From: a virus
Lineage: Duplodnaviria; Caudoviricetes
Strand: one strand, 5' to 3'
DNA: 64,000 bases
IMG/VR virus record: IMGVR_UViG_3300028591_000073
Span: 32,001-96,000 of that record
Position numbers and translations under genes: made by a program. The notes beneath the pieces are model-generated. The model did no database searches. It had not been told where the DNA came from and saw nothing but the letters and a program-made list of their open reading frames with translations. Numbering within the stretch: the first letter of the stretch is position 1; each line of letters opens with the position of its first letter. Below, in pieces: positions 30,624 through 42,368 of the stretch.

Positions 30624-33600
30624 ATGCCAGATATTGTTTTAAATAACTATTCGGATGACTCACGAATCAAACAATATATCCAGCAAAACTTGATGTCACG
30701 TGTATTTCACGACATTCCATTGAATGTGTTGAACACCGGTGCATTCAGTATTATTAATGAATACATTTCACAAGCAACTGAACAGATGGCATTCACATCA
30801 TCTTTTTATTTTAATGAATCATTCATCACAAAAGCAGTGTTGCCAGATTCCATTTATGCAGAAGCCGCCATCTTTAATCTGGGATATGCTTTTGCAACTC
30901 CTAGTTGTACGAATCTATTATTGGAACTTCGCATGTCAGATTTGATGAATAATGCAGTTGATAATCCAAATACCGGATTCAAAGAATTCATTTTGGATAA
31001 AGATACCAAGTTTAATCTTCCAAATGGAAATGTATATTCATTGGATTATGACATCTTATTCCAATACAAAACGGTGGAAACTGCAACCAATCATGGTGCT
31101 GCAGCTCCTGCATGGAATATTCAATATACCAATTTTGAACCAAACTGTGTTGCTGTCAATAAAAACCGATATATCGTTTATCGTGTGACAGACACATGGT
31201 TGTGTTTGTTTGTTTCGGTATCTGAATATACGAGAACAAAATATACCGTCATTAATTCTAATACACAAGCCATTCCCAATGAAGATTATCTGATTCAAAC
31301 AGATAGACATATTTGTGGATTCGATGTCACATATGTCTACACGGATACGGATGGAAATGAAGTTAGAAAACCATTATCCAGAGATCATATCTTAGCAATC
31401 CATGATGATGTAAAGGATATGGAACCATATGTACATTACATCATGGACAATCCAAAAACGATTCGTCTCATGTTTCAATTAATGGGAACTCGTTTCTTTG
31501 TACCGAAAATGAACTCTTCATTTGAGATTGTGGTGTACACTTCTCATGGACAAGCTGCTAACTTCACGGAAGCTCCATCCGTACAACCCAGTGTCATTAC
31601 AGCCACAACCAAATATCCGAATAATGCAAATGTAACAAAAGCCGCATTTGTCATTAGTGGTTCTTTGGGCGGCACGGATATTGGGAATACCGAAACACTT
31701 CGTCGAGAAACCATCGAAGCATATAATACCGCAAATGTTATTTCCACAGATCATGATATTGATGAATGGTTTAAGACATTTTATTTCAAGAATATCTTAT
31801 ATCCCTTTTTCTATAAACGACGCGATGATCCATGGGGAAGAATTTGGAGTGGTTATCTTGCATTGAAAGATGACAATGATAATGTATATCGGACGAACAC
31901 ATTACATGGTAAAATTCCATATTATATGTTATTCAACAACTCCGACAACACCATTACACAAAATGAAATTGTCATTCCACCTGGCTGGATTTGGAGATAT
32001 GGTGATGAAAATACATGGACTGTTGTTCCGTATGTCTCCAAAGGTTCTACTGTCATTGAAACGGCAAAGACATTACAATCCATCAATGAGAAATTTGTCT
32101 TCACAAATCCATTTGGTGTAAAGATTCAAAAAGATCCATTTGCAATTGCATACTTTAATCCATGGGTGGATTTAGTAGTATTGCCAACACGAGTTCCTTC
32201 TGTGGATAAAATTTCTTATAAAGATATCAATACGGAAGATATCTCACGCATTTATCATGCAACACCAATTGATGTGGAGATTTCTCGCACATACAAAGAT
32301 GACTATTATCGTGTGCAAACCTATGTGGATTTGTCACAATTAACAACCGTACATGGGGAAGCTTGGGTGAAGCAGTTATTAATCAATGCAACATCCCCAG
32401 AAATTAATGAAATCATTTGGACATATTTCAATCGTCCACGTGATATATTTGCAACAGACATTCCATTATTGCCTCATCTGAAATCAGAAGGTGCATTACC
32501 ATTTGATCCTGCAAAGACATATCTATGTGTCAGAAATAAATATGTTCGTGATGATGGAAATATTTCTTTGGGAGATGTATGGATTCGTGATGAATCTGTT
32601 GTGGATAATGTAAAAGAAATCGATTTGGACATTGCCAACATGGATTACTTGTATGGACATACTGATTTATGGGGCGTGGATGGTACATGTGAAGCTATCG
32701 CAGTAACAGGGGATACAAGAATCATATGCTATGGTATGGAATCGATTGATGTACTCAAATTCAACAAATCTGGAACGGCGGATTATTATACATTACAACT
32801 GAAAGAGGATATCAGTATTGATGATACCGAAGGACAGAATCGACCCATTAAGATCCTCAGTGCTGTCATCACTGTCGATACGGCATATAAGACTTCTCGT
32901 CAAAAGTTTGGTGAAGCTGCCATTTGGAATGTGGGTGAAGCATATCGGACGGTCACATTAAATATCGACCTTTCTTATTCATTTATTGAATACGATGATG
33001 ATGGTGAAGAAATTGATGCAACAGATGGTGGTACACTCCACTATGTATACAATATCCAGAATGCAGTGAATGTATGTTTGCCATATGCAACAAATGCACA
33101 ACCCACACAAACAGCTGGCGTATATCAATTCTCATATCCCGTTACATCAGATGGCAGTGACCAAGGATTCTTGAGTGAAGGTACCATTTTAGCTTATGCA
33201 ACGATGAAAGCATCCCCTTCGTCTAATACAATTGACTATTATCGGATTCCATTCTCTGCTTTCTCCGAAGATGAAGCGATGTTGTATATCAAATCCTCTT
33301 CGGTAGAATTAGAAAAGAATAATTTACGTGTGGTATTACATGCGTATTTGAATGGTGTAGAAACTGGACATGTAGAAATGTTACCAGTACAACGTGAATC
33401 TGACGGTGCATATCTATATCAAGCAGACATGTATCCATTGAATGAAATGTTGGATGTGGATAATATTATTCGTATTGCTTCTTTGGATGTGGGTGGTGGC
33501 AACTGGACTCCTGTTCGCAGTGGTAAGGTTGTCACCATCAATGCCATCGAACCAGAATTGCGTATTTCCATCTTATTCAAATCTGATACAAACCCAGATC

Positions 33601-35012
33601 GTATTTCTGATATTGTAACTGGAGATACCTTCACTGGTTATTTATTAAATGATCAATATTATGTACGTGACTTCTCGTTGGTACAAGAGTTGAAAGAGAT
33701 GAGAAGTGTTGTGGATTTCCAAGAATCCAGCATGCCAACAATTGCACAAGTAGATGCTTACAATGAAATGTCGGCATTCTATGATTATAATGTGAATGGT
33801 TCATTATATGATGTTTATACAGTTGCAGAACACCAGATGTTGTATAAAACAAATATGAACAAAACAACACGTGCAGCATTGTCTGTTACATCCAATCATG
33901 TAAAAGAACAATTAGAAACTTTGATTACAGATATCAAAGGTAGAGAAAATGTTTTAACAGATCATGATGTATATTTGTTGGATAAAAACATACAGCCCAT
34001 TTATGATGTATTGGACATTTTAATTGCGGATGAGTATATAGAAAATTTCTCATATCAAGATGATAATATACAAATTGTTTATGTCAAGGAAGTTAAGAAA
34101 ATTGAGGATGTAAATGTAGATGATATTCCTGAAACGGAAAAGAATTATTCTACACTATATGAAGATGAAGATTGCACAATTGAACTCACACCTGTTGAAG
34201 ATGTATATTATGTGATAAAAGAAGATGACGGTCTGGATACGATATTCAAACTTGTAGATGGTACATTGACCAAACAGGATAATGTGATTGTTTGGGAAGA
34301 TATTTATGGAATCCTGTGCAATTACAAAGATATCGTCAATACAGTATTCGAAACATCTAATGTGAATGGTGGAATGACAGTCCAACTCATGCCATTTGTA
34401 GAATATTCTTTGATGAAATCCGACAAATTCAAAGACTTTGTCAAAACCTTCACACAGGTACACAAAGCCATTGAACCGGTGATCTTCAAACGTTTGGAAG
34501 GCAATCATTATCTGGATTGCAAACTAGTCGCCACATATGGTCTACCACACAGCTATTGTTCTGATAAACAATATTATGCAAGTGATGATTTGTTCTGGCC
34601 GGATCTAAATATTCAAATTTCATTTGATGTAAAATTGTACAATCGAGCATTAGCTTCCAATACAAAACAAGAATTAAGATTGATTGTACGTGATTATTTC
34701 AATCGCTTAACCACCGTGCATACACCAAAGCAATTGGTAACGATGAATAATAACATTTACGTTTCTCATATCATTCAACGTATGGAATCACATGATAATG
34801 TGGCATATTTGAAATTCAATGGTTGGTATACGAATGAAAAGAACGATCCAAATGGAAATTATATGGACTCGACGACACAGAGCGTTGTGCAGAGGTGGAG
34901 GCGTTTGGAGGATATGCCAACAAATGAATTAGAACGATATGTTCCGGAGATGTTTGTATTGGATGAAGAAAATATCGAAATTAATATTATTGATGATGAG
35001 ATTTTAGTATAA
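30624..35012 (+). CDS. Baseplate wedge-like protein
   Basis: 1462 aa. N-terminal NESFITKAVLPDSIY..A...GY and TSHG..ANF...SLGGTD motifs are typical of baseplate wedge (gp6/J-like) proteins. Confidence 0.7.
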   Translation: MPDIVLNNYSDDSRIKQYIQQNLMSRVFHDIPLNVLNTGAFSIINEYISQATEQMAFTSSFYFNESFITKAVLPDSIYAEAAIFNLGYAFATPSCTNLLLELRMSDLMNNAVDNPNTGFKEFILDKDTKFNLPNGNVYSLDYDILFQYKTVETATNHGAAAPAWNIQYTNFEPNCVAVNKNRYIVYRVTDTWLCLFVSVSEYTRTKYTVINSNTQAIPNEDYLIQTDRHICGFDVTYVYTDTDGNEVRKPLSRDHILAIHDDVKDMEPYVHYIMDNPKTIRLMFQLMGTRFFVPKMNSSFEIVVYTSHGQAANFTEAPSVQPSVITATTKYPNNANVTKAAFVISGSLGGTDIGNTETLRRETIEAYNTANVISTDHDIDEWFKTFYFKNILYPFFYKRRDDPWGRIWSGYLALKDDNDNVYRTNTLHGKIPYYMLFNNSDNTITQNEIVIPPGWIWRYGDENTWTVVPYVSKGSTVIETAKTLQSINEKFVFTNPFGVKIQKDPFAIAYFNPWVDLVVLPTRVPSVDKISYKDINTEDISRIYHATPIDVEISRTYKDDYYRVQTYVDLSQLTTVHGEAWVKQLLINATSPEINEIIWTYFNRPRDIFATDIPLLPHLKSEGALPFDPAKTYLCVRNKYVRDDGNISLGDVWIRDESVVDNVKEIDLDIANMDYLYGHTDLWGVDGTCEAIAVTGDTRIICYGMESIDVLKFNKSGTADYYTLQLKEDISIDDTEGQNRPIKILSAVITVDTAYKTSRQKFGEAAIWNVGEAYRTVTLNIDLSYSFIEYDDDGEEIDATDGGTLHYVYNIQNAVNVCLPYATNAQPTQTAGVYQFSYPVTSDGSDQGFLSEGTILAYATMKASPSSNTIDYYRIPFSAFSEDEAMLYIKSSSVELEKNNLRVVLHAYLNGVETGHVEMLPVQRESDGAYLYQADMYPLNEMLDVDNIIRIASLDVGGGNWTPVRSGKVVTINAIEPELRISILFKSDTNPDRISDIVTGDTFTGYLLNDQYYVRDFSLVQELKEMRSVVDFQESSMPTIAQVDAYNEMSAFYDYNVNGSLYDVYTVAEHQMLYKTNMNKTTRAALSVTSNHVKEQLETLITDIKGRENVLTDHDVYLLDKNIQPIYDVLDILIADEYIENFSYQDDNIQIVYVKEVKKIEDVNVDDIPETEKNYSTLYEDEDCTIELTPVEDVYYVIKEDDGLDTIFKLVDGTLTKQDNVIVWEDIYGILCNYKDIVNTVFETSNVNGGMTVQLMPFVEYSLMKSDKFKDFVKTFTQVHKAIEPVIFKRLEGNHYLDCKLVATYGLPHSYCSDKQYYASDDLFWPDLNIQISFDVKLYNRALASNTKQELRLIVRDYFNRLTTVHTPKQLVTMNNNIYVSHIIQRMESHDNVAYLKFNGWYTNEKNDPNGNYMDSTTQSVVQRWRRLEDMPTNELERYVPEMFVLDEENIEINIIDDEILV

Positions 35013-35019
35013 TCAATTG

Positions 35020-35039
35020 TGGGGGCCATATGGCCCCCA
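35020..35039. terminator. Bidirectional terminator-like palindrome between convergent genes
   Basis: TGGGGGCCATATGGCCCCCA. Confidence 0.7.
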
Positions 35040-35044
35040 ATCAT

Positions 35045-38000
35045 TTAATTTATACCATATCCAAGGTGTTCCAAATTGTTCGATCTTGTCAAGGTGTATG
35101 TCTTTTCATTAATCTGTAATGGATTATTGAATGAATTGATTGTTTTAGATTGTACCGTAATTTGCATTGGCAGATAATTCTCTAATGGACGATATCCAAG
35201 TTGAGAAGTTTGTGCACTGGACTTACCATCACGCAATCCAATTACACCTTTATCGTATATATAGCAATATACATTTGCTCCAGTATTTCCAACATTTCCT
35301 GTATTAAAGAATCCATCTGGTTCACCATCTTCCCAACTCTTTGTTTGTAACCATTTGCCAATATCCAATACAATTTTCGGCCGCGTTGTATAATTGGTAC
35401 CATTTGTATTATAACCATATGCTGCTAATAGTAATTGATTTTTGGGATTCTCCGATGTTCCCCAATTCACCGTCTTCAATTGCAATGAAGTAAAACATGA
35501 AGAATATCCATACAATGTGTGAACTGTCGATGGATCATCTTTTGTAATACAATAAATCGCAGATCCATAATTAAATGAATCATTTGTGATGGAGTTGCTA
35601 TTAACTGCCCCGCAATAACACAATACGTCATCATTTGCAACGAAACAAGCATGCCTGTTTGTCGTGGAATCATTAAATCCACCCCATGTTTCCAATAATT
35701 GTGTTAAGGTGCGTTCATTCAAATCATACATCCAAAATGAGTATATATTATTTTTGTCATTCATTCCAATGTAAGCATAATGTGAAAAACCAATTCCACC
35801 ACTATATGTTCCACCGATAAAGTTTGGATCAATTTCAAAAGAATCGATAACTTTTGGATCACCATTTCCATCTATGGGATCTGTCATATCAATCACATTC
35901 CAATGTTGTAATTCCACGCCTTCAGAAATGTCATTATATATCATTTTATTGGATGATCCTTTGATCACAATACCATGTTTTGCATTCTTAATACATGGAG
36001 CATCAGATCCATAATTCTTATTATTTGTATACCAAACATCCCTAATGGTTGTATCCATACCACGATATTTCACCATTGCAACTTTCATATATTTTGCATC
36101 TGGATGTGTGATAACATATGGGGTATATCTTATGCTGATATTGTGTAAGATATTGTGATTCTCGTCATATACAATACCACACCATTCATTTCCACCACTT
36201 GGGCTATATTCGGAATAGAACTGGGTGAAAAACATAACACAATCACCTTGTTCAATTTCAAGATATTCTTCATCTTTCATGATCCATTGATAATTATAAT
36301 AATAATCATGGTCATTATTACAAACAGCTCTCCATTCTGTCGAGTCCGCATATTTACATTCCAACATTAATTTGATATTTGATTCCGTAGTTGGATATTG
36401 CGTTTCCGCATCAATATTAGTATCAAATATGGTAATGCATGCTGGATAATTGGTTAAAGCATTTCCTTCCTCATCAAAATATTCAGTGGAAGTTGAAATG
36501 GAGTTTGTAGATAATATCATAAATCGATGATTATGATCTTCATAAGCATCCACAGTTGGATATTTTGGTCCAAAGAAATGATTCTTTAAAGAACCACAAG
36601 TATTGCCATATCCAGGTATGATGGATTCTTGTGTGATATCTTGAAATGTGATAAACTGACATAATGTATTGTAACTTGCCACTTTATTGAATGGAGAAAG
36701 ACGATATACAATATTCTTACCATTTGCAATTCGAGAATGATATAATGAAACAAACAATTTATCATGTTGAATAAAATATTGCTTATCACATTCCAATGTA
36801 TTTTGGGAACCTCGACCTGGCTCACCTTTCATTTTAATCACATAATTCCCAATTGTAAAGTATTTGTATTCATCATCACCAATCATTTCAATAATATCAT
36901 GGTTTGTAATAGTTAATGCATCATCTTCATCTGTTGTGTCATTGTGTTTTGTCAAATATGTGACATCTGTTTGGGGAATGACTTTGGGTAAACATTCTTC
37001 TTTAAATGTAACATCAATAATACGTTTTTTCAGCTCAGAAGGTGCATACATTACAAAATATTTCTTTTGTACCAAAAGCTGATGATTGGATGGATCTTCT
37101 TGTGTTGACACATCACCAAGATTTACAAATTGAATCCATGTCGATGTATCCCAATATTTATCCGCAGCAAATAATATAATACCCGTTACATTAAATGATG
37201 ATATGATCATTCCAGGATGTATACCATCATAATCAGTATCACCATCTTTATGTGCAAATGGATTAAAGTAACATAATATGTCACGTTTCACACCATCTGG
37301 ACAAATGAAATTATTCAATATGATATTCTCAATAAATGTTCTCCATCCACCATAATAGTATGCTGGTATCGTAATATCGATTGGGATATCACATTCTTTT
37401 GTATCATAATTGAACAAATAAGCTTTTGTGATAGAAGATGGATTTTCAACACATGTGATGGGCATCAATCCATTCTTGTATGATGTATCTGCAACCAATC
37501 CAAATTGGTCACTGATATTGAGATCGATTGTGGTATTACAATAAATTTCAGTCGTAATTTCATCAGCTTCATCCAACTCATCAAACGTAGTTAACCAACA
37601 CCATTTTGAAAAATCGGTGGTATAATTTGTATTATTGGGATACATATCTCCCGAATAAGTATCACCAAATACAAAATGGGAAATAAAACACCATTTATCT
37701 TCCATGAGTCTACGGGATGTTTTAAGTTGATATGTGATTGATACACCATCATCAGTTCCATATGGATTATTATCCCATGGGTACCCTTCACCTTCTTCAG
37801 TTAATTTGTGTTCATAAAAACTACCGTACATGTTCAAATAGGAATAACTGTAACCATCATCGTGCCAGAAATTGGTAATTGGATTTTGATTACTCCATGC
37901 TTTAGCTCTCATATTACCCGAAACAGGAGCGATATAAACTGCAACATTATTCCGGTTATTGCCATTATTATATCCTTGCGGATTTAATAATAAATACTTT

Positions 38001-38917
38001 TTATCTTTCCATAAATCCATGATTAGTTTTTCAGGTGCTACCAACGTGATATAAGTATAAATATATAGTTTTTGATTCTGTCGTTTTTTGATTGGCGCTG
38101 GAGTATTATTATCATCCACTAACAAAAAATGATATGCAAGATTTTTTTTGGAAAAATCCTGTGTATTTCTATTTTCGGCAGGATATAATGAATTACACCA
38201 ATATGAGTTCCAACCAGTACTAGTGTAACATTGAAAATACATATCATCGGTAGTGAATAGTTGAGAACCTCCGGACCCAGACCGCCAGCTACCAAGGCAA
38301 CCACCAATTTCTGTAATATTAAAATACCACGACCCATCGGATGGGTCTTGTTGCCATCTCGTATCAATTGTTTCACTATCAGGTGTTCCACCAGTATGCC
38401 CAGTTACTGATGTTGCAACCAATTCTTGTTGATAATTGAACATGGCTCTACCAACTCGTGCATTCAAATAGATAAAACCATTATCCATCGTATTTCTATC
38501 ATCATATCCAGTTTCAATAATCGATAACATATCTGATCTTGTACATTCACTTGCACGTGCTGCAAATTCATCCATACATTGATCTGTCAACTTTGGAGCA
38601 CCTGTATATGTTGCACCATTATCATTTGTATAACCTGTACCAATCAACAACCATGTGTCTTGATAATAATATGGATTTGATTCATGTAAGTTAGAGCCGA
38701 GCTGACCATTATCTGGACCACTTGTACTCGAGTAATATTTTTGACGAAATCCTCGATTGGTTAATAGATTTGCACCATATCGTTCTTCTGCAATTGTATC
38801 ATCTTCATTTACCGTAATCGCATAATACAAATTATGTCCAATCAAGTTTGGATTCTTCTTTTGAAAATCCAATATCTTTTTATCAACCATTTCATTCGTT
38901 AAATCATGATATTTCAT
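35045..38917 (-). CDS. Large beta-rich tail/baseplate appendage protein (paralog of 39507-42362)
   Basis: The N-terminus (GHNLYYAITV..D..EERYGAN) and C-terminus (LPMQI...KTINSFNN) align by eye with 39507-42362. Confidence 0.6.
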   Translation of the reverse strand: MKYHDLTNEMVDKKILDFQKKNPNLIGHNLYYAITVNEDDTIAEERYGANLLTNRGFRQKYYSSTSGPDNGQLGSNLHESNPYYYQDTWLLIGTGYTNDNGATYTGAPKLTDQCMDEFAARASECTRSDMLSIIETGYDDRNTMDNGFIYLNARVGRAMFNYQQELVATSVTGHTGGTPDSETIDTRWQQDPSDGSWYFNITEIGGCLGSWRSGSGGSQLFTTDDMYFQCYTSTGWNSYWCNSLYPAENRNTQDFSKKNLAYHFLLVDDNNTPAPIKKRQNQKLYIYTYITLVAPEKLIMDLWKDKKYLLLNPQGYNNGNNRNNVAVYIAPVSGNMRAKAWSNQNPITNFWHDDGYSYSYLNMYGSFYEHKLTEEGEGYPWDNNPYGTDDGVSITYQLKTSRRLMEDKWCFISHFVFGDTYSGDMYPNNTNYTTDFSKWCWLTTFDELDEADEITTEIYCNTTIDLNISDQFGLVADTSYKNGLMPITCVENPSSITKAYLFNYDTKECDIPIDITIPAYYYGGWRTFIENIILNNFICPDGVKRDILCYFNPFAHKDGDTDYDGIHPGMIISSFNVTGIILFAADKYWDTSTWIQFVNLGDVSTQEDPSNHQLLVQKKYFVMYAPSELKKRIIDVTFKEECLPKVIPQTDVTYLTKHNDTTDEDDALTITNHDIIEMIGDDEYKYFTIGNYVIKMKGEPGRGSQNTLECDKQYFIQHDKLFVSLYHSRIANGKNIVYRLSPFNKVASYNTLCQFITFQDITQESIIPGYGNTCGSLKNHFFGPKYPTVDAYEDHNHRFMILSTNSISTSTEYFDEEGNALTNYPACITIFDTNIDAETQYPTTESNIKLMLECKYADSTEWRAVCNNDHDYYYNYQWIMKDEEYLEIEQGDCVMFFTQFYSEYSPSGGNEWCGIVYDENHNILHNISIRYTPYVITHPDAKYMKVAMVKYRGMDTTIRDVWYTNNKNYGSDAPCIKNAKHGIVIKGSSNKMIYNDISEGVELQHWNVIDMTDPIDGNGDPKVIDSFEIDPNFIGGTYSGGIGFSHYAYIGMNDKNNIYSFWMYDLNERTLTQLLETWGGFNDSTTNRHACFVANDDVLCYCGAVNSNSITNDSFNYGSAIYCITKDDPSTVHTLYGYSSCFTSLQLKTVNWGTSENPKNQLLLAAYGYNTNGTNYTTRPKIVLDIGKWLQTKSWEDGEPDGFFNTGNVGNTGANVYCYIYDKGVIGLRDGKSSAQTSQLGYRPLENYLPMQITVQSKTINSFNNPLQINEKTYTLTRSNNLEHLGYGIN

Positions 38918-38934
38918 AATACATTCTCCTTTCT

Positions 38935-39492
38935 TTATGTGACATTTGTAACATTGGCAACTACACCACCAAAACTCTTAATTTGTAATGAAGGTGGACC
39001 AGAAGGACTTGTGACAGATTGTTTTGGTTGATATGGTGTTGTTGTGATATTTCCGGTAGACATGTCTGTCAACCCAGTTAAATAGGAATCCACATCTTTT
39101 GCATTTTCAAACTTAGTTGAAAACTTCAAGAATGTCATATTTGTTGATGTAAAACCGGTTAATCCCGTCAGATAATTGGTATCGTGCACATCTCCGGTGC
39201 TTTGTGTGAATCTAATAAAGGTTAAATCTGTTGATGTAAAATTAGTTAATCCTGTCAGATAATCTGTAAGATGTACATCTTCTTCTCTTTCTGAGAATGA
39301 TTCAATTCTTGCAGATTTATTATTTCTCCCAATGTTTGTCACAAATAATGTTCGATCAATAAAGTGTGGGGGTCGCCAGACCCCCGTTACATATAACCCA
39401 CGTATGGTTCTCATATGTTGTCCGGATTCATAATGAGTATTAGAGTTATTTGCATTCTTTAATATTTCTTTTGCATAAAGGATATTAGACAT
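38935..39492 (-). CDS. Tail-associated protein with three YLTGLT repeats
   Basis: YLTGLTNFTST / YLTGLTGFTST / YLTGLTDMST. Confidence 0.6.
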   Translation of the reverse strand: MSNILYAKEILKNANNSNTHYESGQHMRTIRGLYVTGVWRPPHFIDRTLFVTNIGRNNKSARIESFSEREEDVHLTDYLTGLTNFTSTDLTFIRFTQSTGDVHDTNYLTGLTGFTSTNMTFLKFSTKFENAKDVDSYLTGLTDMSTGNITTTPYQPKQSVTSPSGPPSLQIKSFGGVVANVTNVT

Positions 39493-39506
39493 ACAATCAC
39501 CCCATC

Positions 39507-42362
39507 TCAGTTTATTACACCAGGTGGATAACCCGGTTTATCTTCATCCCATTCATTTGGTGGAGAATTTGTAAATGTCACATCAAAGGTTTTATCTGAT
39601 AAATGTTTCGTATTATTTATAGCAGATATCGTTCTTGTTTTTCCTTTTATTTGTATCGGCATCATCAATGCAATTGGAATTTGGCGTTTGCCATATATCA
39701 CATTTTCACCATATGTGATATATGATGGATGATTATCGGCTGATGAATAATTATGTTCTAATTCGTAATATATCTTTGAATAGATGGGGTCATATCCAGT
39801 TGGAGGATTGACATATTGTCCAAGATCAATTATGATATGATAGATTTCGCCATAATAGCGATCAGTATAAATATCTCCGATCAATGCCAATGTGTTCCCA
39901 TTCTCGATATATTTTAATTTATAATAAGATCTAATAGCATAACCACTTTTAGAGAATTCAAAATCTCGCAAATCAAATATTGTCGTTTGCATTTCATCAA
40001 TACGATTGAAGTATACATGGGATAGATTAACATCTTGCACATCATATAGCATAATAATATCATTAACAGCAGTAATGCGAGCACGATACAAATTTGCTTT
40101 ATTTGAGAATAAACTAAAGTTATTCAAACATGATTCACCAACAGTGTCTCCAGATGATAAATCCCAATGCCATGTCCACGTAGATCCATTAGACGCCCAT
40201 AAATGATCATTCAATCCCCAAATACATATGATATCTGTCAAAGCAGTTCCGCTACTGTTGGGAGGTTGTAATTCCAATACATCACTGGATTGATCAAAAT
40301 CATATATCTTAATAGAAGGATTTGTTGTATCTGTTGTCAAATAAGCAATTCGTTGATGGTGATTTGTAGATGTTGTTGCACGTGTATCAAAAATAGCACA
40401 TGCAATTTTTGATTGGAACAACTTTTTCACATATGGGTTGACAGAGCCAGGTTCTCTACGTGTTAAATCCAAAACAACACATTCATCAGCACTCAAACTT
40501 TGGAAACAAATCAACCCCGTATTAGATTCTGTTTTGTATGTGTGATTACCCAAGTTCCAATTGTTGATTGTAGTAAATCCTTCAGAAACTCCCATCATTT
40601 GATAGTTGACACTCACAGGAGCTGTAATATCATCAACGCTTGTTAATATGATATGATTTCTTGTAGTACCATATTCTGTTGTCACAATCATTTTTCCATA
40701 ACAGAAATGTTGAATATGATCAGTATTTGGACTTCTTTCCGATAATTTATCACCAGAGATACCAATCTGGTATATCAAACCTGATGTCGGGACATATAGA
40801 AGATTGTTTTTGCAAAAGTATCCTTGATCATGATTTTCACATGACATATGGGATGACATTTCAACAGATTGTGTTCTCAAAGCATATTCATATGTTTTGC
40901 TTTCACCTTCACTTGGAATAAGTGTGAATGGTCGTTTTTGTCGAACTGGCTCCAAAGCAGATGTATTTGAATTTGTGATATAATACCGACATGTTTGCAA
41001 ATTGGATGGTATTGCGAATGGGTTTTCAATACGTGTCCATTTTGCACGATTCCAATATTCATCCGTACCATAAATTGTACCAATCGTTGTATTGTTGAAT
41101 TGTAATATTGGATTTTCTGGATGCAGATTCTGATGAACATATAATTCCACAATCGTATCGTTTATATCAGTTACATAAATTGGACATGCTAGATTAGACT
41201 GCATGGATGTTTCTGTATACCAATAATCAGAATCATTAGTATATGAAATAGGATTGGAATATCCCTCTTGATTTGTGGCATGAAATCGATTATACAACCA
41301 GCAACCTTCACCATTTGCTGGTGTGATGGATAATTGTGTGACTGGAATTTGTGGATCACTTTTCTTTCCAAATAACTTGGAAATCGAATATGGATAGAAG
41401 TTGCCAAAGGTATCATGCATTTCCGATGAGAATTGTTCTGCATCATTTGCACTCAGATATTGTGGTTCAATGACAACGAAACCATTTGTGTGTGAATAAA
41501 ATCCATCGATATACCCTTGGTCATTGGCAGATGAATTCATGATATTAAATGATGTCAAATACCTTGTTCTGGTTTGTGAATGGTTTTTAATTTCTGTATG
41601 CGAAACACTACTAACACTATTTCGACTTACTATTGTATCATATCGACCATATGTGCCAAACGTTGTTTCATCCATGCGATTACCAATGAATCGTTCCAAT
41701 GTTGTCATCACAGGAAACCTTCCATTTGCATATTCATCTGTAATCACATTTGTCTTATAAGACATACATAAGAAAATAGTAATCTCCAATTCTTCATTTG
41801 GAGATTTGGTGATGTAGGTATACCTACCGGTCTTGTCATATACCCAAGAGTGCGTCCATAGATGTTGTAAATCCGTACCAATTCCGTATTCGGTAATTTG
41901 GATTGGTTGACTGATGCCATTAATACTGTATCCAAATTTACATTTACGGAATTTTGCAACACATGTAACGATCCCATTCTCCGGATTCGTCCCGGGAATC
42001 TTATAATAATACATAGGGTATTTGTAATCGATTGTTGTATCTCTTGCATTATCAACGTCATGCTCAGTTGTATCATATGAGAATAATTTATGACCACCTG
42101 TCACATTATCATTGATTTGTGATTGACTTCGGTCTGTACTATTTCCAATATACAAATAGCTTGGCCAATTTGGTTTGGAATTATTTGCAAAATATTGGTT
42201 CATCCCATATTCAGTCATCATATTCATTCCATATGTTTCAGAAGTCACATTTCCATCTTGATCAATTGTTCTCGCAAGATATAAATTTCCAAATCCACCA
42301 TGTGGGGATTTGGCTTTTGCAAATGTCATAATCTTATGATAATCTTCCATCTTTTGATTCAT
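39507..42362 (-). CDS. Large beta-rich tail/baseplate appendage protein
   Basis: 951 aa, paralogous to 35045-38917, with a probable beta-propeller C-terminal half. Confidence 0.6.
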   Translation of the reverse strand: MNQKMEDYHKIMTFAKAKSPHGGFGNLYLARTIDQDGNVTSETYGMNMMTEYGMNQYFANNSKPNWPSYLYIGNSTDRSQSQINDNVTGGHKLFSYDTTEHDVDNARDTTIDYKYPMYYYKIPGTNPENGIVTCVAKFRKCKFGYSINGISQPIQITEYGIGTDLQHLWTHSWVYDKTGRYTYITKSPNEELEITIFLCMSYKTNVITDEYANGRFPVMTTLERFIGNRMDETTFGTYGRYDTIVSRNSVSSVSHTEIKNHSQTRTRYLTSFNIMNSSANDQGYIDGFYSHTNGFVVIEPQYLSANDAEQFSSEMHDTFGNFYPYSISKLFGKKSDPQIPVTQLSITPANGEGCWLYNRFHATNQEGYSNPISYTNDSDYWYTETSMQSNLACPIYVTDINDTIVELYVHQNLHPENPILQFNNTTIGTIYGTDEYWNRAKWTRIENPFAIPSNLQTCRYYITNSNTSALEPVRQKRPFTLIPSEGESKTYEYALRTQSVEMSSHMSCENHDQGYFCKNNLLYVPTSGLIYQIGISGDKLSERSPNTDHIQHFCYGKMIVTTEYGTTRNHIILTSVDDITAPVSVNYQMMGVSEGFTTINNWNLGNHTYKTESNTGLICFQSLSADECVVLDLTRREPGSVNPYVKKLFQSKIACAIFDTRATTSTNHHQRIAYLTTDTTNPSIKIYDFDQSSDVLELQPPNSSGTALTDIICIWGLNDHLWASNGSTWTWHWDLSSGDTVGESCLNNFSLFSNKANLYRARITAVNDIIMLYDVQDVNLSHVYFNRIDEMQTTIFDLRDFEFSKSGYAIRSYYKLKYIENGNTLALIGDIYTDRYYGEIYHIIIDLGQYVNPPTGYDPIYSKIYYELEHNYSSADNHPSYITYGENVIYGKRQIPIALMMPIQIKGKTRTISAINNTKHLSDKTFDVTFTNSPPNEWDEDKPGYPPGVIN

Positions 42363-42368
42363 AATTAA